This document shows, in pieces, positions 44,997 to 56,559 of a DNA stretch of 64,000 bases. Each line of letters starts with the position of its first letter. The first letter of the stretch is position 1. Both the position numbers and the translations under genes were made by a program. Source of the stretch: an uncultured virus (IMG/VR IMGVR_UViG_3300034091_000431) (taxonomy: Duplodnaviria; Heunggongvirae; Uroviricota; Caudoviricetes); IMG/VR virus record IMGVR_UViG_3300034091_000431; one strand, 5' to 3'. Below the pieces are notes generated by a model. The model was not told where the DNA came from. It ran no database searches and worked only from the letters and a program-made list of their open reading frames with translations.

Positions 44997-46381
44997 GCAC
45001 CCGCCTCGACTCCGTCCTACAGAAGCATCCCGACCACGAGGAGGGCATTCGCTTGCTCGCCGAGCGCGACCCGTCGGGGAACCTCAAGTACCTCGCATGG
45101 GGCGCGAAGATGCTCGCGGCCGGGCAGGCGCTCGCGCCGGAGATCGCGGACGTGCTCGACCTCTTCCACCGGTTCGCGGGGCAGCGGCTCGAGAGGACCG
45201 GTGCTCAGGTTCGACGACGAGATCGTCGAATGTATCAAAACGGCGACGGCAACCGAGTCCACCCCGACGTCAACACGTACCGCCCCCAGGACTTCGCCAA
45301 GTTGCGCGACCTCCTGAACAAGCTCAAGCGAGCGCAGGACAAGAAGCGTAAAGAGCGAGAAAAGCTCTACCGGATCGAGGGCTCGGTCGAGGCCGACGTC
45401 GTCTACGACTCGGACGACCTCATCGTCCGGCACATCAAGAACAAGAACGCGAGCATCCACTACGGTCACGAGACGAAGTGGTGCATCTCGATGACCCAGG
45501 AGGGGTACTTCGAGGACTACGAGACGCACAACGCCACGTTCTTCTTCTTCGAGCGGAAGAAGCCTCAAGACGATGAGTTCGACAAGACCTGTTTGATGCT
45601 GTCTCGTAGCGGGGCTCGCGAGTCTCGCCATTTCGACGAAGGCGCCTCCGTGTTCAACGCGCTCGATCAGCGGGTCGACATGTTCGCGCTCGCCAAGGTG
45701 CACGGGTCGCGAATCTTCGACATCTTCCGCCAGTGCTACGAGGCGAGTGAAAAGTACCCCGGCTCCGTTCTGTTCAACGTCTTTGCAGGTATTGCGACCA
45801 GAGAGCAGCTCGAGACCGTGTTCAATAGCGTGACCGTTGATCTCTCCCAGACGGACGCGCTGCTGGAATCAATCGTCTGCAACGACGCGGCGTCCCCGGA
45901 GATGCTCGAATACATCTTGAGGTCGGCGGTTGCGTTGTCGGCTGCGGCTTGGAAGGCAGCTAAGCGGCGCGGACGGATATGGCGACGCGGTCGTCGAATG
46001 AGTCAGGCGAGCCACGACGCGGAGCTCACCCGCACGATCATGTCCGCCCTGGTCATCCACCCGAACACGCCCGGTGAGCTGCGCGAGCGGGTCGTCAAGG
46101 ACTTGCGGCGCCGGCACGTCACGATTAGCGAGATCCGTCGCACGACGGACGACGGTCGAGTGGGTGTGGCGTACCGGAACCGGAATGCGGTCAAGGGACT
46201 AAGGCGGCGCAGGTTCAGGCGGATGCACGTCAAGTATCTGCCCGTCAGTGCCTTGAATTCGCGCATCAGGCGGCTCGAGAAGCAGATCGTTCAGACGAAG
46301 AAGTGGCTCGAAAAGCGCGTCGAGGCAGACAAGAAGAAGGCCGCGAAGAGAGCAGCAGCCAAGCAGAAGAAGAAGCGGTAA
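44993..46381 (+). CDS. large hypothetical protein with YG-xTKWCI motif and basic C-terminus
   Basis: 462-aa ORF with GC3-rich codons. Confidence 0.7.
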   Translation: MSTRLDSVLQKHPDHEEGIRLLAERDPSGNLKYLAWGAKMLAAGQALAPEIADVLDLFHRFAGQRLERTGAQVRRRDRRMYQNGDGNRVHPDVNTYRPQDFAKLRDLLNKLKRAQDKKRKEREKLYRIEGSVEADVVYDSDDLIVRHIKNKNASIHYGHETKWCISMTQEGYFEDYETHNATFFFFERKKPQDDEFDKTCLMLSRSGARESRHFDEGASVFNALDQRVDMFALAKVHGSRIFDIFRQCYEASEKYPGSVLFNVFAGIATREQLETVFNSVTVDLSQTDALLESIVCNDAASPEMLEYILRSAVALSAAAWKAAKRRGRIWRRGRRMSQASHDAELTRTIMSALVIHPNTPGELRERVVKDLRRRHVTISEIRRTTDDGRVGVAYRNRNAVKGLRRRRFRRMHVKYLPVSALNSRIRRLEKQIVQTKKWLEKRVEADKKKAAKRAAAKQKKKR

Positions 46382-46406
46382 GCTCTTCCGCTAGGAGGTC
46401 ATCCCC

Positions 46407-46904
46407 ATGTTCGCTCGTATCCTCGCGCTCACCATCACCCTCACTGCCATCGTCGTTTTGCCGCCCGCCGCTCTCACCGGTTGCCCTGCCCCCGCCGGCA
46501 CCGTGACGAACGCCATCGCCACCGCCCAGCAGGCCGCCCAGACGGCCGCTACGGTCGTCGCCGATGCGCAGGTCGTCTGGCCGATCGTCTACGCCGCCAT
46601 CCCGGCCGACAAGCAGGCTGCCGCGCAGACCGCCTTCAACGAGTCACTCTTTACGGCGAACCATGCGATCCTGACCCTGAACGATTTGATCGCTGCGGCG
46701 ATCGCGGCGAACAACCCCAATCCGGACTTCACCGCGGTCATCGGTCAGCTCTCGGGCGCGGTCGCTCAGGTCGTCGCCATCGTCCAGCAGTTCCTGACGA
46801 CATCGGCGGTTGCCTCCCATGTACGTACCGCGGGGGGAGTCGACGCCGTCGCCGACATGAGTGCGGCGGCTGGTAGGCTGAAGGCGCTCACGGTTCAGCG
46901 GTGA
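46407..46904 (+). CDS. putative lipoprotein
   Basis: Signal peptide with LTGC lipobox; AGGAGG RBS. Confidence 0.7.
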   Translation: MFARILALTITLTAIVVLPPAALTGCPAPAGTVTNAIATAQQAAQTAATVVADAQVVWPIVYAAIPADKQAAAQTAFNESLFTANHAILTLNDLIAAAIAANNPNPDFTAVIGQLSGAVAQVVAIVQQFLTTSAVASHVRTAGGVDAVADMSAAAGRLKALTVQR

Positions 46905-47161
46905 GTCTGCTCGAGGAAGCCCGCCTCGAGCTCTCGCAGAAGACGCTCAAGGACATCGAGCGCGACACCGCGTGGAAGTGGGCGGCGCGGGCGGTCGCGG
47001 CCTATGAGCGTTGGGTCGGTGGAGAGCGAGCGATGTACCACGACATGATCTGTTTTGTGGGGGAGGCGCTCGAACACTCGGTGTTCGCCGATGATACCGG
47101 AGAGACGCTCCGGGCAGTTCGGAATTGGATGCGGCAGTACATCCCGCGGAGCGTGCTCTGA
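46901..47161 (+). CDS. hypothetical protein
   Basis: GTGA coupling. Confidence 0.6.
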   Translation: MSLLEEARLELSQKTLKDIERDTAWKWAARAVAAYERWVGGERAMYHDMICFVGEALEHSVFADDTGETLRAVRNWMRQYIPRSVL

Positions 47162-47526
47162 ACGTCCTCGTCTACTTCCCCTCCGGCGCTCGCGTGCTCG
47201 CCGAGCTCGTCACCACGCGGCCGGACATCGAGCGCGGTCTCATGTACCGCCAACGCGTGTCGGACGGTACCGGCATGCTCTTCGACATGGGCCACGTAGC
47301 CCCGCACAAGTTCTGGATGGTGGGGACCGCTGTCCCCTTGGACATGGTGTTCATCGGAGTGGTTGGGCAGGTCGTCGGCATCGTCGAGAACACGGTGCCG
47401 TACGACCCCACTCTTCGCGGGGTCGATGCAACCTCGCGGTACGTGCTCGAGGTCCCGGGCGGGTGGTGCGCCAGGAACGTAGTCGTCGCGGGTCAGCGGG
47501 TGACGGTGGTGCGGGTGCCGGGCTAG
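47125..47526 (+). CDS. DUF192 family protein (start uncertain)
   Basis: RGLMYR...GMLF...FWM-x-T-xPLDMVF...YVLEVPGG. Confidence 0.9.
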   Translation: MDAAVHPAERALNVLVYFPSGARVLAELVTTRPDIERGLMYRQRVSDGTGMLFDMGHVAPHKFWMVGTAVPLDMVFIGVVGQVVGIVENTVPYDPTLRGVDATSRYVLEVPGGWCARNVVVAGQRVTVVRVPG

Positions 47527-47527
47527 C

Positions 47528-48370
47528 TCATTTCCATTTCCATGTACGATTGCGCTTAGCCCAGCTTTTACGTACCGATTCGCTTCGTTCTTCGGCGCTT
47601 CTGGAAGATGCAGCCTTTTTGGCGGCCGTTGATCTTCGCTCTGGAGATGTGGATTCGTGTACTCGTCGAGCGATCTCCTTGCGCTCCTCTGGTGAGCGCC
47701 TGGCATGGATCTGTTTGGCGGTTTCACTGCGACGATTACGTACCTGTTCGTCGGCGTTGGCTAGTCTGAGTGCACACGTCGTGCAGCGCCACGGTCCGTT
47801 TCCTCTGGCTAGAACGCGACGGGGAGTGAAAGCATTACGAGGCGGCGGCCATGCGGGGCGATCGCCCGGACCGGATGAGCACTTGTGCTCGCCGTAACCG
47901 GGACATTCTGTTTGTCCGCGACCCGTGCGGCAAAACTCGCACTGGACCGGTAACGGTCCCGGTTTGCGACGTACTGGTGTGAACCATGTCGGACAAGTTG
48001 CGCAGCGAACAGTCTTCGCTTTCGCTGAGTGAACGACATCGAACTCGACGCCAGCTCGTTCGTGAATCTTGATAATCGCCTCTTCGACCGAGATCTCGCG
48101 CACGACTTCACCGCGTGCGTTGGCTACCTTGATTCGACGCCCACTTTCGTTACGCAGTCTGGGAGCCGTGAAAGCTGCGATGCGCAACTTCTCTAGTCGA
48201 GTCAAGGTGGGCGAGCTTGTCAGAATTGTTGAGGCGGGCGGATCTTCCAGGTCACGGATTCGACGTTCCTCATCGCACAAGTCATCGAGTGAACGCGGGG
48301 CAACGATAGCGATCCATCCGTGAGTGACGCCCCGCGCGAACATGATCTCGATCGGGCCAGCGTCGCACAC
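47528..48370 (-). CDS. Zn-finger plus basic SPEER-repeat protein
   Basis: CxxC pairs and RSPEERKE/TSPERRST/RSAEERSE repeats; C-terminal module shared with the helicase at 10773. Confidence 0.65.
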   Translation of the reverse strand: MCDAGPIEIMFARGVTHGWIAIVAPRSLDDLCDEERRIRDLEDPPASTILTSSPTLTRLEKLRIAAFTAPRLRNESGRRIKVANARGEVVREISVEEAIIKIHERAGVEFDVVHSAKAKTVRCATCPTWFTPVRRKPGPLPVQCEFCRTGRGQTECPGYGEHKCSSGPGDRPAWPPPRNAFTPRRVLARGNGPWRCTTCALRLANADEQVRNRRSETAKQIHARRSPEERKEIARRVHESTSPERRSTAAKKAASSRSAEERSESVRKSWAKRNRTWKWK

Positions 48371-48380
48371 GTTCGAGCCT

Positions 48381-48866
48381 CTATTCCTGCGTCAGCTCCA
48401 GCGACTCGACGACCACTCCCGCCTTCTGGATGTCGAGGTAGATCGCGTCCTGGTCCATTTTGCGACAGAGCTCCTCGCCGAGCGCGGACATCTCGTCGAT
48501 GAACGTCTCCTGATCGAGCTGGTCTTCGTTCAGGACGAGAATCTGCGCGCCCTGCTCGTCGGGCTCCCGACGGCCGCCGAGCGGCTGCCAGATCCCGCGC
48601 TGGGTGAGAAAGCTCGCGCCCGCGGAACGGTTTTGCTTCGAACGGATCTCGACGAAGAACTTGATGAGGTCCTCTTCGGTGAAGTGCGGCTTGCCGTGGA
48701 CGTTGAAGCCCACGAGGAAGCGAGCGGAGAGGAGACGATTTCCGGTCCGCTGCTTGCGAGCGGACAGGAAGTGCTCCTTCGGACCGTGCACGGTGTGGCG
48801 GCCTACGGGGCGGAAGCGCCCCTTCTCGGGGATGGTGATGGGACGGAGGTCGGCTTGGAGTTGCAT
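48381..48866 (-). CDS. hypothetical protein
   Basis: 161-aa ORF with GC3-rich codons. Confidence 0.6.
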   Translation of the reverse strand: MQLQADLRPITIPEKGRFRPVGRHTVHGPKEHFLSARKQRTGNRLLSARFLVGFNVHGKPHFTEEDLIKFFVEIRSKQNRSAGASFLTQRGIWQPLGGRREPDEQGAQILVLNEDQLDQETFIDEMSALGEELCRKMDQDAIYLDIQKAGVVVESLELTQE

Positions 48867-49019
48867 GGTGGGTTCCAGTTTATACGATGAGGCCGCCGTG
48901 TGCGCGTACCGGACAGTCGCAGACGTCGTCGCCGTCGATGCCGGCGTAGCCGTCGAAGTAGACGGGATGGAGGTCCCCGCACTCGGTGCAGCTCACTACG
49001 GTCCACACGCCTGCGTGCA

Positions 49020-49550
49020 TCATGTTGCCTCCAACGCTTCGCTGCCGGTCGCCCGCGCGATTCCTACGAAGAGCACTCCGACGGCGAATCCGCCGATGTG
49101 CGTCCCGAACGACACTTCCCCGCCCCCGCCCGCGAGCGCGTACCAGACCTGGACGAGCACGAACCCGACGATGAACCCCAGGAGCCGAGGTCGGAGAGCC
49201 CCCAGAACCGCCAAAACGCCCAGGATGGCCCCGGAAGCGCCGACCATGGGGTCCAGGGCTGCCGGGTCGACCAGGACGTGAAGAAGCCCTCCGAGGGCTC
49301 CCGCGGCCAGGTAGAGGGCCAGGAAGCGGAGACTGCCGAGCGCCCGTTCGACGACGGCGCCGGCCCAGGCCAGGCACACCATATTCCCGCCAAGGTGGAT
49401 CCAGCCGGCGTGTAAAAACATGCTCCCCAGGAGTCCCTCGGCGGTCCAGTGCGCGGGGACCAGCCCGTAGGTCTCGCAGGTGGGCTCAACGCCCCAGGCG
49501 AGCTCGAGGGCGAAAGCCAGAAGGTTCAGGGCGACGAGGAGGGCGGTCAT
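49020..49550 (-). CDS. rhomboid intramembrane serine protease
   Basis: SMFLHAGWIHLGGNM, VGASGAI (Ser), THIGGF (His). Confidence 0.92.
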   Translation of the reverse strand: MTALLVALNLLAFALELAWGVEPTCETYGLVPAHWTAEGLLGSMFLHAGWIHLGGNMVCLAWAGAVVERALGSLRFLALYLAAGALGGLLHVLVDPAALDPMVGASGAILGVLAVLGALRPRLLGFIVGFVLVQVWYALAGGGGEVSFGTHIGGFAVGVLFVGIARATGSEALEAT

Positions 49551-50049
49551 GATTGGATAGACGAGGTGAGATGTTGTTTATTCACCGAATAGCGCCAAAC
49601 GCGTCGGCTGCCGCAAACGGAACTGTGCCTCTTCAGGTGCCCGTGTTGGACGGATCGAATCAACATGTTCGATATCGCGCTTGGCGAAAGATTTGTGGCT
49701 ACCTGTATTTCGCGAAGGGTCGCGCCAGGGTTGGCGTTTACGAATTCGAGGATGCGTGAGGCATTTGAGCCAGACATGAATCGACCTTTGGGTCTGCCCG
49801 GACCAGGTTCCGCCGTCCGAAACACGCTCAGATTCACCCGCTTCGCGCTCGTCTCGAGCGGCCCCGGCTCGTCGGCCGACACCGCCTCGATTTCGGGGTA
49901 CGTCGCCTCGACCTCGCGCGCCATCTTGCGCAGGCGCGCGGGCGCGGACGGGTGCACGGTGCACTTGCCGGTGCGCGGGTCGGTTTTGACGAGCCCCAGC
50001 CAGATGAGGACGAGGCGGAGGTCGATGGGGAGTTTGTCCCAGGTGTTCA
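49547..50049 (-). CDS. protein with C-terminal winged-HTH
   Basis: RILEFVNANPGATLREIQVATNLSPSAISNML. Confidence 0.6.
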
Positions 50050-50099
50050 TGGTCGGTGAGACGTATGGTAGCCACGGGTATTCAAAACGCAACCCCGGG

Positions 50100-50128
50100 T
50101 TGACAATCGGTACGTCCGGGTTTACCTT
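50100..50128 (+). promoter_or_regulatory. sigma70-like promoter of the UvrD operon
   Basis: TTGACA-17-TACCTT, followed by AAGGAG and ATG 50163. Confidence 0.65.
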
Positions 50129-50162
50129 GCACTCACCCTCTCGGGAAAAGGAGATCCCCCCA

Positions 50163-51599
50163 ATGCGTACCTGGAGCACCTATCAACTCGCCGTCTTCGA
50201 AAACGTCGCCAACGGAACCGGCCACACCGTGCTCGACGCGGTCGCCGGCAGCGGCAAGACCACCACCATTGAGGAAGCGGTCAAGCACGTCCCCGCGGGC
50301 AAGCGGACCCTCTTCGTCGCCTTCAACAAGTCGATCGCGACCGAGCTCGCGAAGCGCCTCAGCGGCGCTGCCGGCGTCGAGGTCTCGACCCTCCATTCGT
50401 ACGGTCTGAAGTGCGTGTCGGCCGCGCTCGGGCGCTTGCGCATCGACCAGTACCGCGTCCCCAACTTCATCGAGGCCATGCACGGAAACGATCCGAAGAC
50501 CTTCGAGATGCGGCGCGACCTCGCGAAGATCGTCTCGCTCGCGAAGGGCGCCTTGACCTCCTCCGAGGAGGAGATCGACGCGCTCATCGACGCCTTCGGC
50601 GCCGACAGCGTCAACGGTAACCGCGTCCAGTTCGTCAAGGACGTTATGAAGCTCCTCGAGCAGTGCACCGGCACCCAGGACGGGTGCATCGACTTCGACG
50701 ACATGATCTGGTTGCCGGTCGTGCTCGACTTGCCCCAGCGCAAGTTCGACCGCGTTTTCGTGGACGAGACCCAGGACCTCAACGCCGCGCAGATCGAAAT
50801 GGTGTTGCGGGCCGTCAAGGTGGATGGGCGCATCCTCGCCGTCGGCGACCCTCGCCAGGCCATCTACCGGTTCCGCGGCGCGGACGAAAACGCTTTCTCG
50901 AACGTCCAGGAGCGCCTCAGCGCGACCAGGCTGCCGCTCTCGGTCTGCTACCGCTGCTGCAAGGCCGTCATCCGCGAGGCTCAGGAGCTCGTGCCGCACA
51001 TCGAGGCCGCTCCGGACGCCGAGGAGGGGGAGGTTCTGAGCTCCTCGTACGAGCAGATGAAGAAGAACGCGAAGGCGGGCGACTTCATCCTCTCGCGCAC
51101 GAATGCGCCTCTCATCTCACTTTGCATGTCGTTTCTCAAGGAAGGTCGCCGAGCGAACATCCAGGGGCGCGACGTCGGCGCTTCGCTGAAGGCCTTCATC
51201 AAGAAGTCCAAGGTAGAGAACGTCGAGGCGCTCCGTGACTACGTCGCCGCCTGGAGGGACAAGGAGTGCGCTCGGCTCGCCGCCAAGCGCCGCGACACCC
51301 AGTCCGTCGAGGACCGCGCGGCCTGCATCCTGGCGCTCAGCGACGGCGCCGCGACCGTGGCGGACGTCGTCGAGAGCATCGAGTCGATCTTCGCCGACAA
51401 GGACGAGAAGGCGATCATCACCCTCTCTTCTACGCATAAGGCCAAGGGTTTGGAGCGCGACAAGGTGTGGGTGCTTCGCGCTACGTACCTGCGCCGGCCG
51501 GAGACAGAGGAGAAAAATCTTTTGTACGTCGCCCAGACACGCGCTCGCAAGACCCTCGTCCTCGTCAAGGACCTCGGGAAGAAGGAAGACGACGAATGA
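50163..51599 (+). CDS. UvrD/Rep-like SF1 helicase
   Basis: AVAGSGKTT, AFNK, VDETQD, VGDPRQAIYRFRGA, HKAKGLE, YVAQTRA. Confidence 0.92.
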   Translation: MRTWSTYQLAVFENVANGTGHTVLDAVAGSGKTTTIEEAVKHVPAGKRTLFVAFNKSIATELAKRLSGAAGVEVSTLHSYGLKCVSAALGRLRIDQYRVPNFIEAMHGNDPKTFEMRRDLAKIVSLAKGALTSSEEEIDALIDAFGADSVNGNRVQFVKDVMKLLEQCTGTQDGCIDFDDMIWLPVVLDLPQRKFDRVFVDETQDLNAAQIEMVLRAVKVDGRILAVGDPRQAIYRFRGADENAFSNVQERLSATRLPLSVCYRCCKAVIREAQELVPHIEAAPDAEEGEVLSSSYEQMKKNAKAGDFILSRTNAPLISLCMSFLKEGRRANIQGRDVGASLKAFIKKSKVENVEALRDYVAAWRDKECARLAAKRRDTQSVEDRAACILALSDGAATVADVVESIESIFADKDEKAIITLSSTHKAKGLERDKVWVLRATYLRRPETEEKNLLYVAQTRARKTLVLVKDLGKKEDDE

Positions 51600-54500
51600 G
51601 CACCTTCGTTGCAGTTCCCGCCGCCGCGATCCGTAACAGGCTCGCGGCGGCGAGGTTCCGCCTCACACCCGGTTCTTCGCGCGAGGAGGAGGTTTACGAG
51701 CGTCCGCACGACAAGGACGACCAGTACGTCGTCCGGGTCTACACGTCGATTCTGAGGGGCGCCGACGAGGCGCGGGACTGCGGGGCGGACGCTATCCGGG
51801 TGGTCGCCCTCGTGAAGGACGGAAAGTTTCATTACCCGCCGAGGGTCGTTCCAATCTTCAAGGCGATCCGGATACACCGCACCGGGAGCGTGGAGAAGGT
51901 GCTCGATCGCATGATCGAGCGAGCCAGAGAGGCGTACGCGGCATGCAACCAACACCGGAAGGGGGCAGCATGAAACGCAAGATGAGTTTCGCGAAGTGGA
52001 AAGAAGTAGCTCAGAAATGCGCAAACGATCTCGGGCTGCCTGACGACTTGTGGTCCGACGGGGACATGTACGAGCTTTCGGAGCCGGCGAAGCGCGCTTT
52101 TCAGGCGGGGCAGTCGTCGAAAGCGTTTGTTCTCGAGATGTTCGAGGAGGACCTTGCGAAGATCGAGCTCGAGAACGAGCAATGGGCGCAGTCGCTGTTC
52201 GAAGAGGCCATGAGTTTGAAATTGTTACGCGACTTCGCCGATGCGTATGCCGAATACAACCTTGGAGTACGCGATCGGGTCGAGGAAACCGCCGTCCGGT
52301 TGACGGAGCTCGCCGTCCAGCTTCTCGGCTACGATAGCATCGCCGAGCTGGAAGCGTTCCAGAAGGCGCAGGAGATGCTCCTGGACGGGGATCTGGCCGA
52401 CGAAGACCGCCCCATGGTCGAGCGCTTGCGCGCAAACGCGGCGCTCCGCTTCGCACGCAAGCTCGCGCTCCTGCTGCCGACGGAGAAAGACGTGACCCCC
52501 CGGGGGCAATAGGAGAGGAGACGAAAAATGGCGAAGTTTGGATTGTCCGAGAATGAGAGGTCAGCGTTGCGAGTGTTTGCCAGCGGGCTCACGGCGCTGA
52601 TCGGTCTCGATGCGGAGTCGATCGGCCACATCGCTGACTACATCGGTCAGTTCGGTACCGAGAACGCCCCTGAGTTCGCCGACGCCGTGCTGATGGAGTG
52701 CATGAAGGTCATCATCGATGCGAAAGCGAGACAGGGATGAGTACCGAACAAGAAGAGATTGTGCAGACCGCCATCCGAGTCCCCAAGGCGCTACTTGAGG
52801 AACTCGACGAGATTGCCGAGAACATGTCGCAGCCAGGGTTGAAAGTCACGCGCACCGAGGCGCTGCGCTTGGCGATTTACCGCGGGGTTGAGCAGCTCAA
52901 GAAAGAGGGGAAGAAGCGATGATCTCGTCAAATGGCGTTCCCGAGGAAGTAAACGAAGTTCTCCGCAATCTGGTGCGAGCCATCAACGAGACCAGCCAGA
53001 GGTGCGTCGGGGTGGTCGCGGTCGTGGTCTTCGACGAGATAGAGGTAGTCCTTCCGATCATGGACACGGGCGTCGTTCCCAAGAGCGGCGACAATCCTAT
53101 CTATGCGCTCATCGAGACGGCAGCAGCTGCTGCGCTCAAGACGCTGGAACAAATACCCAAGGAGATAAGCCCGGGAGAGCTGTCGTGAATCCCGCCGTCG
53201 GTCGGTTCCCAGTCTGCATGCACGGCTACATGACCCCGTGCCCCGAGGGGTGCGGTTCGGCGAAGACTGCTCCGCCCATTCCGGGACTGCCGGCGCTGTC
53301 CGAGCTCACGCTCGATATCATCGACGCGCACGTCAGATCGCTCGGCTTGCGGGCGAAGATTTCTTGGCGCGGCGGTGAATGGAGCGTCGCTCTGACCAGT
53401 CGAAAGGAGGAACACCAGAAGTCGGCCACGAGCCGGCGGGCCGTTGGGCGGAGCAAGTTGATCGAGGAAGCGTTCGCGAAGGCACTCGAGGAGTGGGAGA
53501 AGAAGTGATGGATATGATCGACATCCATATGGCGATAAAGTTCTCGGGAGTCCAGTTGGATAAACTGGATGAGCCCACACACGGGTACCACGTGCAGACG
53601 CTCGATCTGGAGTTTTTTGGGTACGACGACGAAACAGACGAAGAGCGGCGGATTGGTTCTCTCGAGTGTTTTCTGTTTGACGTGGTAGGAGCCAGCTCGG
53701 ATGAGATGGGCAGCAATCTGTTTGAGGAGGCGGACGCCGACTCGGAAAGCATGGAGTTTTACGAATTTCTGTTCAGTGAAGGCCTGATCAGGGGTCGACT
53801 TCTGCATCGTCTCAACCCAGAGCACTACGAGAACGATGACGACGAGGAATTTGAGGTCGCTAACGTGTTATGCGTGAGTGGCGGTTGGTGGGGCTGTACT
53901 CCGGAAGTGCTCATGCGCGCCATTTCAAGGGCGGCTCGGTTTCTACGATTTGATTATGCTTGCGTTGATTCAGCGTGCATCCGTTTGGGGTCGAGCAAGA
54001 TGAATTGGCGCGATCGCAAGCCGCCCAATGAAGACGGTATGAAGTTGCCGGAACCGTTCATCAAGGTTGTCTGGAAAGAGATCGTACCTGAGGAGCACTT
54101 GACTCATCCGGACAGGTGGTTTTACTTCTGTCAAGTACCAGAGGACGAGATTGAGCTCGATGAGAAGGCGGAAGTAACCATCCCGCCAAGCAAAGAAAAA
54201 CCTCGTTCTCCAAAAGAGGGCGACGAAAAGTACAATTGAAGGGTAGAACACCATGTCATCGCACAATAATCGTCGCGTCCGCGCCCAGCGCAAGCGCCAC
54301 GCAAAGACCATCCTGCGCCTCCGGGACCGCATCCGGACCTTGACGGAGCAGGGGCGGATGAAGGAGGCCAAGAAGGTGGTGGAGCTCGCCGCCGAGCTCA
54401 TCTGGCAGAACCGGAAGCCGGACCCGGTCGCGGCGCCGGTGGCGCCGTACGTGCCCAAACACACCTACCACCACAAGATCGGCACGCCGCTCGGCCTCAC

Positions 54501-55512
54501 GCCGACTTCGCCCGTGCTCGAGAAGCAGGAGCCGAAGGTCCACGGCGTCAACGCCCAGCGCGAGACGCGCTCCAGGACGAAGGTCGGAGGCGCTGGTGGG
54601 AAGAAGACGTGATCCGGCTCGTCTGCTTTCGCGATCGGCCGGATTGTATGGCCATGTTCGCTCGAGAGGGCGACCCTCCTGCCAATATCGGTTTGACGCC
54701 GCCGTTCACGCGCTCCCGAGTCCTTGAGGCGGCGCGTGAAGCCGGTGTACCCGTACGCGTCGTCGAGATGGCCTATGTCGGGAGATTCAAGCCGGTTCTG
54801 GATCGTCTACTCAAGGACGAGAAAGCTGAGCGCGGGCAGCAGCAGCACTTGCGTGAAGTGATGATGCTGGGCGCGACAGATCCGACGGAGAGGACTCGTG
54901 CTGAGCTCATTCAGGAGAAAAAGAACGTAGACGACGAGCTGCGTAAGCTGAAAGTGAAGCTAGGAGAGGCTAAGAGCCTTGCGGCCCTGCGTGGGCAGTA
55001 CATGCCTCCGAGCGAGTATCGCCGACTGGAGAGGCGTGTTGCCGACCTCAAGGACCGGTCGCTGTCGATGCAGAACGAACTCGGGCGGTTGCGGGACGAG
55101 CAGAAACAGAAAAATATCTCGGCCAATATCGGTCGTGAGCGCGTCTTCCAGAAAGCGGCCCACGATCTGTTACCCAAGCATGTATTCGATCAGATAATGC
55201 AGGAGATGGAGCGGCGACTGTCTCTGGATGCGGAGCCTCAAGATGAGCGCCCGTAACCGTTCCGTCCCCTGGTTCCGTACCCCCGGCGCCCGCTACGAGC
55301 TCGAGGTTGCGCAGTACGAGTTTCCGCGTCGGCGCGAGCGAGCGCTCTTCAACGGTACGATGAAGATGATGCCTCTCGAGGTCCGCTTCTACAACGGTCT
55401 CTGGTGCGACCGGTGCTATCTCGTCAAGGACGACGTCTGCGAGCGACAGGGCGTGACGGTGCACGGGGTCATCAGGCTCCGAGCGATGCTCTGTGATGAG
55501 TGTGCGTCATGA
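51596..55512 (+). other. run of hypothetical genes (51596-51973, 51970-52512, 52528-52740, 52919-53188, 53508-54239, 54253-54612, 54609-55256 and others)
   Basis: Coupled ORFs on the plus strand. Confidence 0.65.
52737..52922 (+). CDS. RHH/CopG DNA-binding protein
   Basis: TAIRVPKALLEELDEIA...TRTEALRLAI. Confidence 0.75.
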   Translation: MSTEQEEIVQTAIRVPKALLEELDEIAENMSQPGLKVTRTEALRLAIYRGVEQLKKEGKKR

Positions 55513-56081
55513 GCTTCGGCCAACTGAACCGTTCGCAGATTCACGCCCTCCGACCGCTCATCCGAGGGCAGGTCGTACACGATCTCGGGTGCGGTGACCG
55601 GCAGCTCGCGAAGCAGCTTGCCGCGCTGGGTGCGAAGACCGTGGTTGCGGTCGATAAAGAGCCGTACGGCTACTGTCTGAGATCTGACGTCATCACGGTC
55701 GAGGAGTCCTTCGAAAGGTACCTGAGGATGAGGCCGACCATCGACGTCGCGTTCGTCTCGTGGCCCGCCACGGGTCCTCTCTCGTTTGAAGGTATCGGGA
55801 GCCCTGTGTATGCGCTTCTCGGGCTCGTCATTTCGGCTGCCAGGGTCGTCTACCTCGGTAAGAACACCGACGGCATCATCTGCGGGCACCCGCATCTCTT
55901 CCGGCACCTCGCCCGCCGGCCGCTCCTGGCGCACGTGCCGGATGAATGGAACACGCTGCTAGTGTACGGATCGGGTGTCGTCACGCGCGAGCCGGTGCTC
56001 GAGGAACAGGCGGGGATGGACATGTCGAGGGTCTATCGGTCGGTGCCGGCAAAGTGTCCGGCGGAAGCGGAGGAAATGTGA
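55509..56081 (+). CDS. class I SAM-dependent methyltransferase-like protein
   Basis: VHDLGCGD...VVAVD...FVSWP. Confidence 0.7.
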   Translation: MSFGQLNRSQIHALRPLIRGQVVHDLGCGDRQLAKQLAALGAKTVVAVDKEPYGYCLRSDVITVEESFERYLRMRPTIDVAFVSWPATGPLSFEGIGSPVYALLGLVISAARVVYLGKNTDGIICGHPHLFRHLARRPLLAHVPDEWNTLLVYGSGVVTREPVLEEQAGMDMSRVYRSVPAKCPAEAEEM

Positions 56082-56319
56082 AGCACTCGGTTCCGGCGAC
56101 GATCGATCGTCCTGGCTGTTACGCCATGTCGGCTTGCAGGCACTGCGGCTGCTTCGGCGCGAAGGACGGTGCGGAGGGGTGTGAGGGCAAGGCGGGGCTC
56201 GATGCCATGTTGGCTCGAGTTGAGCAGTACCTGCGCGAGCATCCGCCGCAGTTGGTGTGCGTCTTCGGGACGGTAGAGAGCGTGGACGAGGACGGTAGAT
56301 TCGTCGTCAAGGTGAAGAC

Positions 56320-56559
56320 ATGAGCCAGCGCGAAGCCGACCTCTCGATGCTCAAGGAGCTCCTCGAGCACCACGCCGACGAACTCTCCGAGACCGAGCTC
56401 GAGGCGTTCGCCAGCATGCGGTTCGACCTGGGGGTGTACGGCGGGACGACGATCCCCAGTAAGGGTAAGTTCCAGACGCTCACCGACAAGCAGCACACGT
56501 GGGTGACGAGCGTGCACGAGCGCCTGGTCCCGCAGCAAAACTCTCGTCGTGGTAGCTGA
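56320..56559 (+). CDS. hypothetical protein, 3' end probably rearranged
   Basis: Overlaps the convergent gene by 80 nt. Confidence 0.5.
   Translation: MSQREADLSMLKELLEHHADELSETELEAFASMRFDLGVYGGTTIPSKGKFQTLTDKQHTWVTSVHERLVPQQNSRRGS

Noticed and set aside
49665..50162. 166-aa N-terminal extension of the UvrD ORF
   Set aside because: It overlaps a minus-strand gene; a promoter and AAGGAG RBS point to ATG 50163 as the true start.
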